A stretch of 60,774 nucleotides of DNA, filler included, from Hausera hauseri (taxonomy: Eukaryota), in the NCBI GenBank assembly GCA_046269625.1. It is 11 parts of 11 records of this genome, joined end to end, with 100 filler letters (N's around TTAATTAATTAA, not from the genome) between each part and the next. Parts side by side here need not be neighbours in the genome. Positions count along the whole stretch, not along the records: positions 29,181 to 37,209 come from JBJURY010808753.1; positions 37,310 to 43,703 come from JBJURY010105320.1; positions 43,804 to 48,436 come from JBJURY010496019.1; 8 more parts are not named here. One strand, 5' to 3'. The notes beneath the pieces are model-generated. The model saw nothing but the letters and a program-made list of their open reading frames with translations. It was not told where the DNA came from and made no database searches. Position numbers and translations under genes: made by a program. Positions 34,077 through 47,179 of the stretch are shown here, one piece after another (position 1 is the first letter of the stretch; each line of letters starts with the position of its first letter).

Positions 34077-35846
34077 TGTGGTTCCGAACTACACGCAACA
34101 AAGGCTCAAATATAAGGTGAAAACATTTCCAAAGACGGAAATAGAAAGCCTAGGTTTATAGAACGTAAACAACAATCAATCAGATGCATAAAATAAAATT
34201 TCATTTGAAGTGTTCGTATTCCATAAAAATTAGTGGCTATACTTATACGTTCTTTGCCAGTGTTTCTTGTTGACGTACATTATCAGTAACGCCAATTTTC
34301 CAAACATCTATTTCGTTTGGATTCGTCTCTACAGCCACATTCTCATCATTTTTTGACAAATTACCTAATAGGTTCAACACAGCCCGGTTTTTGACACAGG
34401 ACGAATCGACTTATCCAATTGAGCCAATGCATCCGTCAATATTCTTTTTGATTTAAATACTTTCTTTTATTGAAAAACAGCCTGTTGTTCTCTGAGTCAC
34501 ATTATGGAAACTGTGATTTTAATCTGAAGTTAAAAATATGCGAGTTGATGAATTGGACAAAGACAGTGATGATGATTGGAAAGACTGACGACTAGATGTA
34601 ATAGGCGAATATGAAATGCTGAAGGAATTACCATCTGGTTTTTTGAATATAACGATTCAGTTGATATTTTCGGATCGTCCGTCATTTTGGTGGACTCGTT
34701 TCTTTTGACATTTCAACAGAACATTTTCGGACAAATCTGTTTCGTTGTTTGACAAACTCAGTGCATCAACGGATGAAACGGAATGCGTTAAAGCCGGTGG
34801 TTTGTCGTAAAGAGTATTATCTTTGGATTCATCGGAATGTTCGGGTGATATGAAATTGATCAGATCGCTGTTGGAAATCACATCGAAATCGGTACAGATG
34901 ATGAGTCTTTTTACTCTCACCGATTTCCTTTTCTAGTATTGGCGCTGGTGTGTCATTTATTTCGGATAGGTCCGAGTAACCCGAACTATGAGTACTGTCG
35001 TCATCGATTTTGCATGTTTATTTCAACAAGCGGCCCGATGACCTCTCAGTGCCATCACTACAATGCACCTCGCCACTGAAGCCTCTCTCCGAATAGAATT
35101 TGTTTCGATTTTATGGGATTCAATGTCGAGTATCTTTATTTTGCTGAATCACAACTTGACTTAATTTTCTTATTCGGTCGACGTCTCTTTCGTTTTAATG
35201 GAGTGGGTTTTATGGATTCACTTTTTTAGTACTGTACTTTCATCCTATAACGTAGATAAATCCGATTTGGGATTTGGATTCGGCAAAATTTGTCGCTGAT
35301 GACTGACAAATGGTGTTGGGATTGTTGTCAATGAAGGTAGTGACTGGGATAAGATATACCCTGGTGAACTAATATTCATGCTCGGTGATGTTGTCGTGAC
35401 ATTGGACAATGATGATTTGGGCTTTGCTTGGATAGGCTTTAAACTGCTCATAGACATATTCCATATTTTTGTACTGGTGCATGTCGTTGTTGGTCTTTTG
35501 ATAGATATGGGAGCGTTGTGAAAACAAGTTACTTAACGAGTTAATTGACGAAGAATTGACTGGTGATGTGTTTACAGTACTGCATGACAAAATGGCAATT
35601 GAAGTCGTTGCCGCCGGAAGAATCGGAGTTACTGGAGATATGTTTGATGAACGAATCGTTCGACTTGATCCACTTGTTGGCGAAGCGATTGCTGAAATCT
35701 ACTTTTCATTGTTAAAACTACTGCATTGAGTTACGGCAACTTTCGACGGGAGTCAAACCCCAGTATTGATCCGACGCGAAGGTAACGGAAGCCCGGCAGC
35801 GCTTGACCAAATAAGCCAAAGGGTACCGGCCGCCGTGGGCACCACA
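34077..35846 (-). mobile_element. LTR-like unit TGTGGTGCC...GGAACCACA filled with unidentified Ser-rich host-like coding fragments
   Basis: Family head at 35846 and terminus at 34077, with sense-strand ORF remnants between. No matching TSD was found. Confidence 0.55.
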
Positions 35847-36339
35847 TCAGGGTACTTTACTTTGAATTCATCTATAGTGATGCCATTATTTATATTTTTA
35901 TTCACAAGGCCTGTGTTTAGTATTATGGACCGATAATATGCCTCAGTAAAGTCATTTGCTCCAAAGTCTACTCTATATCTATCCCTATAATCAATTCCTT
36001 GACATAGGGTTAGGGAACTAATATTGCAGTAATCAAATGCTGGACAGTATGAGGTATATTCACCACTGACTTTACTACTCTATGTGCAATACACAACCCT
36101 CAGAACTGATATAATGTCATGAAGAGCTATTATGGATACAAATTCAATAAGGTCCTTTATTATATTTGCCCAGGATATGAGGCTGTATGTGATGGAGTAT
36201 AAATGCAGTTTTACGAAGATCATATTGCCAATTTGACAGATTTCAAGTAAAAGAGAAGGAAGATCACCTTTAATGTGCAGTATCCTGCTTCGGCAGCACA
36301 GCCAGTTGTACAGACTGCTTTGACAACAAGGCCCGATTC

Positions 36340-36752
36340 AGGACTAAATGAATAACAACAGATGCTCCATCAAAAAGCCAAAGACAGCGGCCAGTTGATA
36401 CGGCAGCAATAAAGAGAAAATGCCGCAGCTATGTTATTGATGCAACTGATTAAACAACCCTTCAAGATTTCCTCTTATACAGAAAGGAGGAGAGAGCGGG
36501 AATTCTTTGGGTCAACATGGCTGAGCTCAAAGCCCTTAAGGTAAATATGAATCTGGAAGCCACATACATCAATGCTGATGGCGAAGAATCCAATAGGACC
36601 TTCAAGACCAAAAATAGGCCCATATTGGAAAACACCAATACAGCAGAATGGATGTAAGAGGGGCACGAGAAGCTGATCCGTGAAGCCGGGGAGAGCCAGG
36701 ATAAGAAGAGCGGATGGACTCTGGCAACCATCAAGAGAATGCTTGTGTATCT
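36340..36752 (+). pseudogene. Maverick pPolB N-terminal fragment, cut at a TGTAGT terminus (36753)
   Basis: LKVNMNLEATY...RTFKTKN...KSGWTLATIKRMLVY. Confidence 0.6.
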
Positions 36753-36774
36753 TGTAGTTCCGACTTGTATTTGC

Positions 36775-37209
36775 GACGGGTCGATTCAAAACAAACGTAT
36801 GCAAGACTCGCCTCGACATTTTCAACTTTCATCGGATACCACTTGGAATCGTATTCAACTTTGATGATCTGGCCGACTTTCATTCGCACCATTGGTCGTT
36901 CGGGATAACTGTCCACATATTATTTGCCAAACTCCTGGGATTCGGCATTCATGCTTTCCCAATTGTCGAGATTTTGCTGAAAAAAGGTAGACTTCGTCTT
37001 GGGAAGAGTACTGAACGTAACCGTCATTGAAGAACACCTGGTACCGATAACTATAACGACTGTTTGGTGGTTCAGCAACGGTACAGGGAAAGTAAACAAC
37101 GTTGCCACTACCATCAGCATATATTGAGACAACTCGGGATCTGACAGGATAGTTTTTGCCAAAGGTCAACGCACTTTTACCAGCAGCCACTTGATATCGA
37201 GTCATGTTT
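36775..37209 (-). pseudogene. SETDB1: SETDB1/eggless tandem Tudor fragment, followed by the terminus ...CGGAACTACA
   Basis: SRVVSIY.DG...VAEPPN...VFFNDGYVQY and YPERPMVRMKVGQIIKVEY...VENVEASL match the SETDB1 Tudor domains. Confidence 0.85.
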
Positions 37210-38448
37210 NNNNNNNNNNNNNNNNNNNNNNNNNNNNNNNNNNNNNNNNNNNNTTAATTAATTAANNNNNNNNNNNNNNNNNNNNNNNNNNNNNNNNNNN
37301 NNNNNNNNNAACGTTCTTTTGATTCATCTGATATTTTTTCAGCTATACCTGCCTACGAAATTCTTCGACGTTAATGAAATACGTATAGTAAAATAATTCT
37401 TATGGATAAACGTTCTTTTGATTCATCTGATAATTTTTCGGCTATACAGATTTTTCTAGGATGAAAATAATTTCATTATCATATCTGTTTTACTAACGAG
37501 GAATTAAAAAGAAAAAATAGAATTACAAGGATGTGTTACTGGATTGCAGCTGAGTATTTGATTATAGTATGATTTCTTTTATTGCTTTAGATGTATGTAA
37601 CTTGCAATATATTTTTTGTCATTCTTTGAAGTGTGTATTTTGTTTTCTGTAATAATTGTCCGTAATTAATTTTGGGTTCCCTTGATAATGTTTTGAATGT
37701 TCAATTTTTGTGTGCAGCATTTTTGAAGACTTTCGAGTCTGTTTAGAACATCATGAAGAATTTAAGATGTTCTTTTGGCCAGAAAATTCTGAAATATATT
37801 TCAATTGATAATTCTATGCTTAAAGGTGTTAAGAGAAATAAAAAATAAGTAAAAGCTAAATTAATGTGTATTTATTTTTATAAATTGTGTTCTGGTCAGT
37901 TATTATTTTAAAGTAAGTATATATGTATGTATATGCCCTTCTTCTTTTTCAGCACCGCTTCTTTATGGTGCCGTTGACGAAGTTTCTTTTTATTTTCGTT
38001 TTAGCTTCAGCTTTCGGTTCTAATTCTTTAGGCTGTTCTTAGGGTTATTTTGCATTGTTCTAATGGCTTTGTTGAGCATATTTCACAGATTTAATATTCT
38101 TAAATGTATATTTTCAGAGTAATAATTTTAATTTTTGAGAATTTTATGATTTTTATTAAACTTCTGCACATGTAAGCAGTAAATGCCAGTAGTCTCAAGT
38201 GCAATTTAAAAAAAAAAAAAAATACTAATTGGTGAGAAGTAATTGCTATTAATATGTGTAATTCTTACTACAATAAGAACTATTTATGCTGATATTTTCT
38301 ATTGATATATGATATTCAACTACTTATTACAATATGAAGGTCAATTTTATTATGTTGCAGTGTTTGATTTAAATGTGCATGTATTATTTCAATTGAATAT
38401 TTTGTGATTACAATTAATTTAAATGTAACTACATCTAATTCTTAAACT

Positions 38449-39394
38449 ATGCCTCCACCACATACTACTCTTTTGGCTGCTAGCCTGGCAGGTTCCCTTC
38501 CAACTTTTAATGGACAGGAAGGTGAGAACATCAAATTTTTTTTGGACCAAATCAATGCTGTGGCAAAACTAGAAAATTGGTCTCAGGACAAAAAATTGTT
38601 AATTTTGAAACTTAACTGTAAACAATCTGCATTAGAATTTGTCAGCAATGATCCTAAGGCTAGTAAAATTGAAAATTTTGACGAACTTCAAACCCTATTA
38701 CTTCAAAAATTTTCTAAAACCAAAACTTTTGCACAATTACAAAATGAATTTTCTCAAATTGTTCAGGTCCCAAATCAATCTGTTAAGCAGTTAGCAAAAT
38801 TAATAGAACAAACTGCCAATGAATACTACAATATTTCAGAAGATTCTCCACCTGAAATTAAAGAATTAGGGGAGAAAGCAAAACTCAATAAATTCTATGA
38901 AGCTCTACGCACAGACATTCGGATAGATTTAAAAAAGGAAAACCCCAATACATTTGAAAATACCATAAAAAAAAGCAGTGAATATAGAATTTGCATTTTC
39001 TGATAAATCTTACCAAGCAAACAATACATTCACCTCTACTGAAATTAATACTCTCTTACAAAATCAGTTAGAGGCAAATAAACAAATTCTTGAATTGTCA
39101 AAAAAAATAGAAAACATAGAACCTTCTACACAAGTAAATCATTTGAGATCTGAACAAATAAGAGAACACCAACAACCACGTATCCAATGTCTCATTTGTA
39201 GAAAAAATCATCTCACCATAAAATGTTGGTATTTTCCCCACACTTTTCAGTATAATAACAGACGACCAGCTTTTACACAAAACAGAAGAGGACATTCAAG
39301 ATCAAATTTCCGTCCCCATTTTAGTAGACACCAACCATCACGACATTTTCAAAGAAGACATCCTTATGATCAATATAAGCATTCTTTAAACTAA
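38449..39394 (+). CDS. Gag of a second, young Ty3/Gypsy family (one frameshift in the A-run near 38970)
   Basis: LPTFNG...FFLDQI...AKLENWS; CLICRKNHLTIKC zinc knuckle. Confidence 0.85.
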
Positions 39395-39452
39395 CTGTGG
39401 GTTCTTGCAATAAATATAACACCAAGTCTACTACACTCAAAGCAAGGACCCA
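39385..39452 (+). promoter_or_regulatory. -1 programmed ribosomal frameshift signal (T TTA AAC plus downstream stem)
   Basis: The heptamer at 39385-91 is in the gag frame just before the stop, and pol is in the -1 frame. After a 6-nt spacer, TGGGTTCTTGC (39398-408) pairs with GCAAGGACCCA (39442-52). Confidence 0.8.
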
Positions 39453-42400
39453 GAACAACAAAATAAATAATAACAAAAAGACAGAAAACAACTCTGAACA
39501 TCATAAGATAAGTAAACAAAAGTATGACAAATTAACATCAGAAAGTCATCATAACTACTCTCAAACTTTTACAAAAGACTCACAGATAAATAATTATCAA
39601 CAACCATCATTAGAGTCACTTCATGTAATGTCATGTAATGAGTCTGATAACAATCTACCAATAATTATTTTAAAGTTTGGCACAAGCCAAGTTGCTGCTT
39701 TATTGGATACAGGCGCCAATTTGAGTTTGATTCAACCAAGTGTAATACAAGAAATTAAAGAAACTACTAAAGTAAAATATATATCTCGTGCAGTTAGAAT
39801 ACACACTTTAAATCAGTCAACTATTCCCTATTCCTCAGCCGTCAGCATTAAGTTCAAAATAAAAAATACATGGTTTGATAACCAATTCTTTGTAACACAA
39901 TCTGACTGGCATTCTCAATACAAAATTATTTTAGGTTATGACTTTTTACAGAGAAACAAAATTTTAATTGACACCCCAAACAAAAAACTCATTGTTGGTA
40001 ACCTTTCCTTTGAATTTAATGAATCAGCTCCTACAGTAAACAATAATAATATCACAATAGAACAAATGCAACAAACTACTAAAAACAATTCTCAATATGC
40101 AAAAATAGCTCATAATATAATTCTTGAACCACATTCATCACAGGTAATAAAATTTACAATTCCTGAGAAATTTCAACATGAAAAGCAAATACTTTTGATA
40201 CCAGCAACAAACAAATTAAATTATCAAATCTCTACATCCATACATACCATTTTAGATAAACAATATGCCTATACCATAATTGAAAATTCTTCTAACCAAA
40301 GTATAAAATTAAGAAAAAATTGTAATTTAGGTACCATTCATGATTTTCAGGAAAAGGATCATATTTCTCCAACACAACATGAGCTTTTACAATTAAATCA
40401 TCTAACTTTAACTGAAATCAAACATCTTCGCAAAACAGAGCTTGATGTGTCAGACTTTAATTTAAAACATTTATCAGACAAAGATAGAAAAGAACTATTA
40501 GAGATCCTAATGAAAAATTATGTTGTTTTTTCAAAATCTTATGCCACTCTTGGATCCACAAATAGTTCCTGACATTAAACTTTTACATGACTTTCCTATT
40601 CAAACTAAGCCATATCCCATACCTAAAATTGCTAAAGAATTTGCTCAAAAGGAGATAGCTCAATTATTGGAAGCAGGCATTATTGAACCATCTACATCTA
40701 ATTACAATTTTCCAATAATTTTTGTGAAAAAGAAACCTCTTCCAGGGCAAAACTCAAAAGACTTAAAATTTCGTATGGTAGTGGATTATCGACTTTTAAA
40801 TAGTATAACTGAACCTTTTAAGATATGTTTACCAAAAATTTCGGAAATTCTTCAAAATATTTCAGGAAAAAACTACTATAGTGTCTTAGACTTAAAATCT
40901 GCTTTTTTCCAAATTCAACTAAAGGAAACTGACAAACACAAGTTAGCATTTTGCTGCGACCTAGGTAATTTCCATCCCACGCGACTTTTTTTTGGATCAA
41001 AGAATAGCACCTCATACTTTCAAACATTAATTGCTAAATGTATAAATGATCTAAAAGGACCCAACATACAATTTTTCATTGATGACATCATAATTGCAGC
41101 TAATACAATACAAGAAATGAAAACATTACTACAACAAATTTTTGACAGACTTGCAAAATTTAATCTGACTTTAGATCCACAAAAACTGCAACTTTGCAAA
41201 AATCAAATAACATATCTCGGATTCCATGTTGATAGAAACGGTTTTTCACCATCGGATGACAACATATCTAAAGTAATAAAATTCCCAAAACCTAAAAATG
41301 TCAAACAGACACAAACATTCTTAGGTATGTTGAATTACTTCAGACACATGATTCCAAAATATGCCCAAATTGTACAACCAATAGTAAATCTAACAAAAAA
41401 AAATACACCATTTATTTGGGATGAGAATTGTAATACTGCATTTGAATCTTTACAGGACTTAATTCTAAATAAACCTATTCTTAAGAACATTGATGACAAC
41501 AAGCCTTTATATTTGGTATGCGATGCGTCAAAAATTTCAATTTCAGGTATTTTAATGCAAAAACATCATGATAAATTTTTTCCACTTGAATTTTATTCTA
41601 AACAGTTATCCCCTGCAGAATCTCGTTATCCCTCCATTCGTCGTGAACTTTTTGCAATTTTTGCATCATGTAGACATTTTTATGAAAAACTTTATGGCAA
41701 AACATTCACAATTTTCACTGATGCAAAACCATTGACTTTCCACTTACAATTAGACAAACAACCTGACATTGTAGCTCGATGGTTACTGTATCTTCAGCAA
41801 TTTGATTATACAATAAAGCACATTCCAGGATTAATCAATCCGGCAGACTTTTTATCTAGGATGACAACAACTAGCTTAACTGCTAACAATTTACATATTT
41901 TTGCTTCAGACCTAACTTTAACAAACAGTAACATAGAGAAACATCAGTTGCAAGACACAGAAATTCAAAACATCAGACAACAACTAATGCAAAAATCCAA
42001 TCCTAAAATAACTCAACAATATTTTATTGATAAATTTACTAACCTTCTAATGAGAAAATTTAAATATATACATAAAAAGTCTAAAAATACATCAATCAAC
42101 AATAAAATTGTTCTTCCAAAATCATTAATTCCACAATGCTTACAGGCAGCACATATCCCTCATTTTGGCACAAAAAAAACATATGACTTTCTACAAACAA
42201 AATACTTTTGGAAAGGAATGTTTCTTGATGTGAAAAACTTTTGTGAATCTTGCTCTGATTGTATTCAACATAAATCTAAACTTTCAAAAACTTTACCACA
42301 ACAGATTTCTAAAAAGGAGTTAGCACCAGGTGAACTTGTAGCTATTGACATTGTTGGAAAACTTCCTCGGTCACATGATGGGAAGACTTTCATTTTAACA

Positions 42401-43183
42401 ATTGTAGATCATTATTCAAGATTTCTTGAGGCTATTCCTTTATCTTCAACTACCTCTTCAACAATAATTAAAGCTCTAAATAACTATTTCTCTTTGTTTG
42501 GCATTCCAAAATTCATTCTTTCGGACAATGGTCCAAATTTTTGTTCAGATGAATTTGAAAAATACCTGAAAACACTTAATATAACACATAGAAAAACAGC
42601 TGTTTACCATCCCGCTTCTAACGGCCTTCTTGAAAGAATTCACAGGTTAATGAAAGAAAGCATTGCAGCAATTTCAGACAAAATTATAGAATGGTCAGAT
42701 GCACTTCTCCTCTTTAAATTACATTATAACAACTCAAAACATCAAGTTACACAATTCACCCCAGCTCAAATATTTTTTGGCAGAAAATTAAATATACCTT
42801 TAGAATCAGCACAGGATCCTAGATATGTGGAACACTTTGATAAATATATGAAAAACATTGAAAAAATATCAAACAATCAAAAAGAACAATTTGCACAAAA
42901 TGAAAATGAATTTTTTGCTGCACAGAGTAAACATTTAAAAGGACGCATTAAGCCTCAACTAAAAATTGGTGACACTCTTTTTATTAAGAATTTTAACCAC
43001 AAAGGAACTTTTCAAAAGAAATATGATGGTCCATGGAAAATAAAAACAATATTTCGAAATGATAATTATTTAGTGGAAAAACAAGAGGAAGGAAATATAA
43101 TAACAAGAAAATTCAATATAAGTGATATTTTTCTTCAGAAACCTTTGCGAAAAAATCTTGTAACAGAAAATAACACCGACTAG
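39397..43183 (+). CDS. Gypsy Pol (PR-RT-RNaseH-INT), near-intact with one frameshift near 40555
   Basis: LLDTGA, FRMVVDYR, LDLKSAFFQI, FIDD, CDAS...RELFAI, H...C-x2-C, IDIVG, SDNG, NGLLER. Confidence 0.95.
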
Positions 43184-44383
43184 CATTTGTTAACATGAAC
43201 CTTCGGAGAATATGTGCAATTTCATAGTCATTATTTCATTCTCCACACAAAATTTTTTCTCTCTTTTATTTTTCTTTTTGTAACAATGATATGATTCCGG
43301 ACATATTGTTGCTTACTTCTTGTTATGTCATATAGGCTGGTCCTAATGTTCATAACCCATTTTGGCATTTATTTTTTTGGAGATAACAAACAAAAAATAT
43401 GTTTAATAAGTTAAACGCACATGATAGATAATGACATGTGATTGTATAGCTCTATGGGTATTTTTTTTTCATATGTTATATTGTAAGGTGTAATATGTTC
43501 AACAAAAGGTTTTCTTTGACTGACCACAACATTTAAATTAATAAGATATAATTGAAGATTAATAAGATAATGAAATAATAAGAAAAAATCTATAATGTAT
43601 TCATATGTCAATTCTATTAATGTGAATATTCTGCAATAACATTATGTATAAATTGTAATATGTCAAAAGTAAATGTGTAAAAGATAATAGGTCATTTTTT
43701 TTCNNNNNNNNNNNNNNNNNNNNNNNNNNNNNNNNNNNNNNNNNNNNTTAATTAATTAANNNNNNNNNNNNNNNNNNNNNNNNNNNNNNNNNNNNNNNNN
43801 NNNATGACTGACCACGTTTTAAGAAGACGTCTGTAAAAACTTCGTCACCGTTGGCAAAATACCAGAAAATATAAGTAGTGAACATCAGAGAATGAAGTGT
43901 CTGGATGGTATGCGTAAATGGCCCGGAAGACAACCAACAGCAGATATGACTGGGGACGTTATTAATCGCGAGAGATGGACATACATAATGGCCTACGCTG
44001 CACAACATGATATATGATGATTAAAGTAAATTTAATTCTCCTTGGACACCAAGATGGGTACCGTACACCAAGTAGCCACACATTTCCTATAGTTTCTTTC
44101 TTAACCGGGAAACATTCGATCTCAGAGTAGACTTGAGACTTTATTAACCGCCCCAGTACGTTCCAACTATCTAGTTGTTGCAGTTTTGCCCGTATGATTA
44201 AGTGTCAAAACCAACCACCAATCATGTAGACACATAGCCAACAGGAGGCCCGTTCATTTGTGTGTCTGCTATTCTCTTGACTGCTCTGTATCTTGCCCGC
44301 CCCTTTAGCCGTAATTACTTCATGACATCGTATATCGAGTATGCGACCAGACCGCCAGCCACGACCTCCACGGCTAACGTTCT

Positions 44384-44800
44384 CGTTGAATAACCATTCT
44401 GTCTTATTTCTAAGTCAATAATATTGATCAAAAGGCATCTGCTATATTATGTTTTAAATACTGTATGTTTTAAATACTACCTTAGACAAAAACATGGTAA
44501 ACTGCACGTCAACTAGCATCACGCAACAAATAATCTATCACATCATCACAACTCGTGTCAATGTAAATACAAGCACGTGCGCGCGCAAGGACACACACAC
44601 ATACATACATATATGAAGTCCCGAACTTACCACATAAAGCCGTGCACCGGTTAAAGTCTGATTCCGTAAGTTATTTCCTACTGGCCGTGAAAACCGAACA
44701 AGACATCTTTATTTCATTCACTGCTTCCGTTAACACGACACACAAAACATAAACAAGCAACAAAATGTAAGCAGAGTTTATGCTGCGAACTAAATCAACA
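44384..44800 (-). mobile_element. Possible LTR of another family inserted into the Gag of copy 3
   Basis: Gag homology stops at TGTTGA (44800, minus strand) and a TCAACG end lies at 44384. No TSD. Confidence 0.35.
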
Positions 44801-45530
44801 CCAAAGAAACGCTGCATAATAATGTCCATGGACGGTTCGGTGATCTTTAGGACTGCATTAGAAAGATGTGAATATGGGTCTGGAAGTTGAACGATTTCAA
44901 TGATGTTATGGATGCGGGTTTTGATGCTGTTAGGCAGTAGGAAAAGAAGTTTATGGGCTCTAGTTAGAGCCGGTGATGTTATTTGCTTGCAGCCAAAGTT
45001 GGTGAAATTGCAACCAAGTTTTGCAAGAATTCTGGTTGTCGATGAAAAACTCGGTGCAGTTGGGGAAAGGAGCTGAAGAGGTAATAGGAGAGAGGTTGTT
45101 GGTGGAGTTAGGAGTGGGCTTTTGGAGTAGTATGACAGGTATGGATTTTGTGGTGGTTTTATCCGTGGTGTCAATGGTTGGCGAAGAATTCATGCCACCA
45201 CGGATACGGAGATGTATGTGCAGGCAAATGTGGCTTGATAGAAATGTTAGGGGTCCGTTGAGAGGTATGATAGCGTTGTTATGGGTGAAATAAATATCAG
45301 AAGAATTAAGTAGGTAAAAATGGACGTCCAAAAGGTGGGAATGTGTGGATATGGTGTAGTAAGGGTGTAAATATGTGTATTGTTAAAAAAAGAAAATAGA
45401 AGGGGAAGGAGTGGTGCGCCTGAAGGCGTGGTAGGGCCGACGCCGTCCCCTTGTTTAACTGGTGCTGCACGTTGTGTAGTGGTAATGTTCGATTGCGAAA
45501 CGATTGAAATGTGCGCATAGGAGACCTACA
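44801..45530 (-). mobile_element. Ubl-Gag Gypsy copy 3, 5' end: 56-bp TGTAG...CTACA terminus (45475-45530), Ubl (about 45440-45194) and start of Gag
   Basis: LHIHLRIRGG|MNSSPTIDTTDK, KTWLQFHQLWLQANNI, PDPYSHL...ITEPS; frameshifted. Confidence 0.85.
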
Positions 45531-46710
45531 TCTACCAACAACTGCACATTTACATATATGCGAAGGAATTTCGGGCATTATTTGGACAAATATTTTATCC
45601 TTTAAAGTAAACTGAACCGAAATGATTTCATTGTTTATGAACAAATTCAAATGGGGAGCAATACCATCGGGTGAGGCGAAACCTATTCGACCAATGGTAA
45701 TTGCGGTGTTCTTGTGGAAGGTTTTGGGTGTCGAATTGTTTATAACGGTCCGTTTGTCCTTTCTCTTTAACCTCATAAAAATGGTCTTATCTGCTAGTAG
45801 TGATATTGCCGTTCCTTTGAAACAACAAGATACAAAATACGGTATAACTTTCATCGTATCTTCCACCACCTTCTGGACTCTTTCAGAAAACAGATTAGGG
45901 TCTTGTGCTTTACTATCCCTGTTATCATCATGATCAGTACTTTCGACTGGTAGATCACCGTATAATTTGACAAATATCAGCAAACACAATTCTTCAACTT
46001 CGATCGAAAACTGATACTTCTTATCGTGGTTCTTTGTAATCTGATCATTAGCAACAGCAGCAGTCATACGCACTTGATTAACCACAGACAGTACGTACTC
46101 GTACACGTGACGAATGGGCATATATTTTCGGTAAAGAATCAGCAGACCGTGTAAAATAGTCGACGCTCTCGGAATTGAAATTAAATGTTCTTGCAGTTCC
46201 GATGAAGTTTCTGCTGCCTCTTTGGCGGAAACGAAATGAAAAATAAGTTCCACGCCGATTTCAGCGTCAATAACAATAGGTGCAGCTCGTTCCAATAAGC
46301 ATTTCGGCGTTTGTATGATACTTTTCTTTTTAGTAGCATCAAAGTTCAATTTCACCAGATGACCAGAAATGGTCTTTTTGACCTTAGAAATTATTTTGAC
46401 CACCACCAGTCGGCTGGAATTTGAATCGACAAATGTATCCAATTGGGATAGAAGTTTTTGGTCGCTACGCAATAGTCCAAAAAATTTCGTCAGATTATTG
46501 AGTTTATCTTTGTTGGGCAAAAATTCTGATATGCGTTTGGCTTTTTCTCGCAGTTTAATACTGAGTGCGTTGGGTAGTGCTTTCTCTGATGAAGATGCCT
46601 CCTTCAATAATTGGACCGTTTCACGCAGTAAATTGATTATTATGACTTGGTTTTTGAACATATAATGAATAGTTTTAGCACTCTAAATATTCGATGTAAT
46701 ATCGCTGCGT
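45531..46710 (-). pseudogene. PDS5: PDS5 cohesin-regulator internal fragment, intron-less
   Basis: LRSDQKLLSQL, KCLLERAAPIVIDAE and IGRIGFASPD ~ PDS5 LGDDEKLRSQL, KFLLERIAPVHIDSE and LGHISMLAPD. Confidence 0.82.
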
Positions 46711-46711
46711 T

Positions 46712-46870
46712 TGTGGCAGCAGTGTTTGAGAAAATTCTGCACTTGACGAGGATGGGCGTACACTCAATCAGTGTGTTGTCGTACTCCGCATGATTCGCAT
46801 TGCACCATACGCCGGTCATAGTACGGATATTCGCAGATACAATCAATAACGACATCGCTACTGGTGCTAC
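46712..46870 (-). pseudogene. PHD-finger fragment (PHF20/MLL5-type)
   Basis: VIDCICEYPYYDRRMVQCESCGVRQH. Confidence 0.75.
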
Positions 46871-47179
46871 ATTCCCGTTTCTCCGAGCCCGATAACTTCT
46901 GCGATGTTTTGCACGATTTAAATGGTGCTCTATAGATGGGTGTATAAAGTGTCAGAGAACGCAAATAAAGTATGAAATCTGGATTATAGTTGGAGTCACT
47001 ATCATCTGATGAGTCTGTACTGCAATCACTGTATTCTGATGCAGATACACACAGATCGTCGTGGACTTCAACAACCTTTATTTCTGGGTGGATAGTCATT
47101 TTCATTCAAATACTGTTTGCGCGGTGTACAATTTGTAGATGTATTATCCGTGTCCTGAGAACTGTTCAGGTCACATGGA

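Noticed and set aside
33075-35846. A single TIR (Pack-type) element bounded by the inverted GC-rich heads
   Set aside because: The flanks (gggta / tcagg) are not a TSD, the same TGTGGTGCC start follows a PPT at 18986, and cargo switches strand in the middle. Two opposed LTR-type units explain it better.
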